Origin: Myxococcota bacterium
Lineage (GTDB): Bacteria; Myxococcota_A; Bradymonadia; UBA7976; UBA1532
Length of the DNA stretch: 64,000 nt
Assembly: GCA_036337435.1 (NCBI GenBank)
Contig: JAYZEG010000058.1
Span: 247,025 to 311,024 of the forward strand
Direction: 5' to 3'
Positions 60,603-64,000 of this stretch are shown piece by piece (position 1 is the stretch's first letter; each line of letters begins with the position of its first letter). The notes under the pieces were generated by a model that saw only the letters and a program-made list of their open reading frames with translations, did not search any database and was not told the DNA's origin. A program made the translations under genes and the position numbers.

Positions 60603-63209
60603 CTACTGGGGCCGATCTTCATCCTCATCTTCGTCAGAGGGCAGCTCGGTCTCATCGGGTGCTGTTGCATCGTCTTTTGTGGCCGGCACTTTGTCGCTTG
60701 CCGGGCCTGCTGGCGAGAGGTCAAAAGCCGGTGCAGTCGGCGTTTTGCCCTGGCGCGCTGAGATCGGCGTCAAGTCTAAGTCCGCCGGACTATCAGGGCG
60801 AGCTGAGCTGGGGTCCAGTTCACCATCTAACGGCTTAATCTCGTCAGATGAATCGGAATTCATAAGAAAGGCATTTTCGTCGATCTCACCCTCGAGGGGT
60901 GCGACTTCCGTTGGTTCTGTCCCATTGAGAAAGAACTCTACACGAGTGTTGGTTGCTTCTGCTTGAGCTAGGCGACCATCCGCCACGATCGTGAGTTCCG
61001 TCACGCCCTTCACCGTGGCTTGCCAAGCGGGTCCATCTTTCTCTGCTTTTTTTAAATACTGTCTGATAATCGGCACGGCGGTACGGCCGCCCGATTCTTT
61101 ACGCCCGAGTGACCGGCCATTATCGAACCCAACCCATGTTGCGAAGGATACGTCCGGTAATGACCCGACGAACCAGGCATCCCTCGCCCGATTGGTGGTG
61201 CCGGTTTTTCCAATAACCTGCCTTTTTATCCCCTTCAGACCGCGTCCACTTCCATCGGTAACGACTGATCTCAAGAGTGAGCGAACGATATATGCAACAT
61301 CTGGACGGATAGACTCGCGAAGTTGTTCTTGACTCGGTGTTTGAGTTTGACCGTTTGAAACCTTAATTTTCCGAATGAGTCGTGGTTCTTTTAAATGGCC
61401 GGATGATGCAACTGTTGCGTACCCATTGACCAGTTCTACCATTCTTACTTCGCTTGACCCCAATGCGGCCGATAGCCCACGGCCCATCTTTGATTTGAGG
61501 CCTGAATTTCTCGCGAACTGATGAACAGCGTCAATTCCTACAGCTTCCGTGAGATGAACGGCAATTGAATTGACCGAATTGGCCAATGCATCTCGCAGGC
61601 TGATCGCTCCCTTAAATTTTCGAGTGTAGTTTCTGGGTTGCCAAAATTTACCTTGATACACTCTTAGAGTCTCTGGAGCATCGAGTAAGTGTGATGCAGC
61701 GGTAAACTTCTTGGACGCGATAGCAGCCCCCCACACAAATGGTTTAAATGCACTGCCTGGCTGTCTTTTTGACCGGGTCGAGCGATTAAATTTAGAAACC
61801 GCATAACTCCAGCCGCCGACCATCGCTAACACATCCCTCGATTGATTATCGACGACCATAAGAGCTGCCTGTGGGAGTTCGGGCAGCGTGACCTTAACTG
61901 TGTCATCGGTGCTAGATTTAGGCCGAGCTGTGACTTTGACCCTAAGGATATCGCCAGGCTTGATGGGGCTTTCCTTCAAGAGTTGATGGCGCCGCGTCAA
62001 GATGCGTCTCTTGAGCTCGGCTTTGCCCACCGATAGATCTAACTTGATCACGTCTTTTTTGATGGCTAAAACACGTCCTTCGAGAGTTTGGCCCTTGGTT
62101 AAGGCTTTGCCCTTGAGTTTTTTTCTCTGGCGTTTCTGCCAACGTTTTGCTGCTTTTCCGGTTGCACGAGCGATGGGACGTCCATAGTTGTGCCGTTTAT
62201 CCAGAGAATCGAGTCCCATTTGAACGGCCTCGATAGCCGCTCTTTGGCGGCTTGGATCCACGGTTGTATGGATTTGAAGACCGGCGGTTTTTATTTCTTT
62301 CGGTGTATATGATTTGAGCAAACGTTTGTAGACCTCATCGACAAACCAACCAAAGGCATCGCGGTTGTTCTTCGATCGTATTCGTAATCCAAAATTTTTG
62401 GAGTCAATCTGGTTCGCATCCCCTTTTTTGATATAGCCGTTTCGCACCATTTGATTCAGAACGTAGTGTCGGCGCTGCCGAGCGCGCTCCGGGTGTTTAA
62501 AGGGGGAGATCCGCTCAGGAGATTGGATGAGGCCGGCCAGTGTGGCCGACTCGTTTAGGTCAAGGCGGCTGGCATCTTTACCGAAATAATACCGGGCCGC
62601 TTCTTGGACGCCGTACCGCCCGTGGCCTAGATATATGGCATTCAAATATATGCCTAGAATGTCATCCTTTGTTAGATGTTGTTCTAATCGGCGAGCCAAG
62701 ATCAGTTCACGAACCTTTCGTCGTACACTTTTCGTGGGTGTAAGGAGGAGGTTCTTCACCGTTTGTTGGGTAATGGTACTGCCACTGCCCGTCACCCGTC
62801 CTGCGCGCACACTGTTGTAAACAGCCCGTGCCATGCCCATGTAGTCGAGCCCTTTATGGGAATAGAAATCAGCGTCCTCGGCCGATAGAATTGCGTGAAT
62901 TAAGACATCGGGAATTTCGTTTCGCCCAATCAGTGTTCGACGCTCTTCATAGAACTCGCCGATAATGGATCCATCCTGGGCGTAAACGCGGGAAATTTGT
63001 GGTGGTTGATAATCGGCTAAATCGCGATAATCGGGGAGTCCATGCGCGTAGTAGAGATAGACACCCACAACAGCAGTGCAGCTGAGTGCCACCACCGCAA
63101 AGGTCACCATCAAGAGTCGCTTGATGCGCGAACCCCATGTCTTTTTTTTGAGCGACTTGTTTGGTTTTTTACCCCTTTTTTGAGGAGGTCGAACCTTCTT
63201 TTTTGACAA
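60603..63209 (-). CDS. Class A penicillin-binding protein (PBP1A family)
   Basis: Transglycosylase motifs ED..F..H.G, GSTITQQ, RK.RE and YLN. Transpeptidase motifs GSAFK, SVN and KTGT. Confidence 0.94.
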   Translation of the reverse strand: MSKKKVRPPQKRGKKPNKSLKKKTWGSRIKRLLMVTFAVVALSCTAVVGVYLYYAHGLPDYRDLADYQPPQISRVYAQDGSIIGEFYEERRTLIGRNEIPDVLIHAILSAEDADFYSHKGLDYMGMARAVYNSVRAGRVTGSGSTITQQTVKNLLLTPTKSVRRKVRELILARRLEQHLTKDDILGIYLNAIYLGHGRYGVQEAARYYFGKDASRLDLNESATLAGLIQSPERISPFKHPERARQRRHYVLNQMVRNGYIKKGDANQIDSKNFGLRIRSKNNRDAFGWFVDEVYKRLLKSYTPKEIKTAGLQIHTTVDPSRQRAAIEAVQMGLDSLDKRHNYGRPIARATGKAAKRWQKRQRKKLKGKALTKGQTLEGRVLAIKKDVIKLDLSVGKAELKRRILTRRHQLLKESPIKPGDILRVKVTARPKSSTDDTVKVTLPELPQAALMVVDNQSRDVLAMVGGWSYAVSKFNRSTRSKRQPGSAFKPFVWGAAIASKKFTAASHLLDAPETLRVYQGKFWQPRNYTRKFKGAISLRDALANSVNSIAVHLTEAVGIDAVHQFARNSGLKSKMGRGLSAALGSSEVRMVELVNGYATVASSGHLKEPRLIRKIKVSNGQTQTPSQEQLRESIRPDVAYIVRSLLRSVVTDGSGRGLKGIKRQVIGKTGTTNRARDAWFVGSLPDVSFATWVGFDNGRSLGRKESGGRTAVPIIRQYLKKAEKDGPAWQATVKGVTELTIVADGRLAQAEATNTRVEFFLNGTEPTEVAPLEGEIDENAFLMNSDSSDEIKPLDGELDPSSARPDSPADLDLTPISARQGKTPTAPAFDLSPAGPASDKVPATKDDATAPDETELPSDEDEDEDRPQ

Positions 63210-63566
63210 CGCCTTAATCCTATATCCTGGTGGCGGGCACTCTTGATTTGACTAGCATCATAATCGATTTCCGCGTGCTGTCTATTCCACCGATGACCTC
63301 GGTTCGCCTCTCTTGCGTATCAGCTATGGCATCTGAGTCGCACAGTTGCTAGAACTAGGCGGTGTTAGGGCTCTCGTCAGATAATTCGAGAACTATTAAG
63401 CACACATAATTGTCCATTTGGTCGCGTTCGAGCTAGGATGACATCAAGTAAGGACGACATGGTTGCCGGGCCACCCTTTCGGTTCTCATGGATCAATCGA
63501 TACTTGAGGGGGTTCAAGTACCGATAAGACGGGGGCGTTCAGCCCGGCTATACAAGAGAGGAAACG

Positions 63567-63992
63567 ATGAAAATCGTCTGCCCAAGTTGCGCTGCGGATT
63601 ACCGCATGAGCCAAGATAAGATCCCTGAAGATGGTCTGTTGATCAGATGTCCATCCTGTCAGCATAGCTTTCGAGCCTACGGGAACGGGACAACGGCATC
63701 CGTTTCGGATGATACATCACCGGCGGCAAGGGGGCCTGATGAAAAGTCTATTGCCCCACCACCTCCACCGCCTCTCGATCTTGGCGATGAATTCGACAAA
63801 TTTGGCGATTTTGACAGTATCGAGTTTGACGAGTCTGTCAGCGAAATAAGCGAGTCTGGAGGCTCCATCGATCAGTCTGGAAACACAGATGTAGAAGCCT
63901 ATGGTCTGTCCCCCCCCCCGCCCCCCCCCCCCCCCCCGGGGGGACGGGGAAAAAACGGGGGTTGGGGGGGTGTTGGCGGGTTCGACATTTGA
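63567..63992 (+). CDS. MJ0042-type zinc-ribbon protein (probably truncated or misread at its 3' end)
   Basis: MKIVCPSCAADY...IRCPSCQHSF, followed by an acidic Pro-rich linker. GAGGA RBS. The end runs into homopolymer tracts. Confidence 0.75.
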   Translation: MKIVCPSCAADYRMSQDKIPEDGLLIRCPSCQHSFRAYGNGTTASVSDDTSPAARGPDEKSIAPPPPPPLDLGDEFDKFGDFDSIEFDESVSEISESGGSIDQSGNTDVEAYGLSPPPPPPPPPGGRGKNGGWGGVGGFDI

Positions 63993-64000
63993 ATTAAAGT

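Noticed and set aside
1..64000. CRISPR arrays, tRNA/rRNA, IS elements, prophage
   Set aside because: I saw no spaced direct repeats, cloverleaf or rRNA signatures, transposases, integrases or phage genes. This was by eye only; tRNAscan-SE and Infernal would confirm.

Overview
A gene-dense, roughly 50% GC bacterial chromosome segment of about 45 CDSs. No rRNA, tRNA, CRISPR array or mobile element is visible. Gene content suggests Myxococcota or a related deltaproteobacterium (inference): an MJ0042-type zinc-ribbon protein, a REC-DUF4388-TPR protein, a PEGA protein, a 5-domain S1 protein, prkA-yeaH-spoVR, and an FG-GAP/Ig-like lipoprotein. Most genes are housekeeping: ugd, aspartokinase, cysE, mutY, tkt, pabAB, apbE, fdhD, rsmA, tsaD, a UvrD/Rep helicase, etfBA, rng and PBP1A. 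The main discovery is a candidate RiPP locus at about 49.0-57.9 kb. It comprises a stand-alone PqqD/RRE, a ~1900-aa calcium-motif Ig-like/FG-GAP lipoprotein, an unannotated 58-aa precursor-like ORF (55273-55449; YxxP leader motif, SLA|C site, two Cys, C-terminal Ser) that is missing from the ORF track, an HPr-kinase-like P-loop protein, a radical SAM/SPASM enzyme and a soluble S24/S26 peptidase. It has no lasso cyclase, and it lies downstream of a tetR-etfBA operon that carries a perfect operator palindrome. All family assignments come from motifs recognised by eye; no database searches were run.
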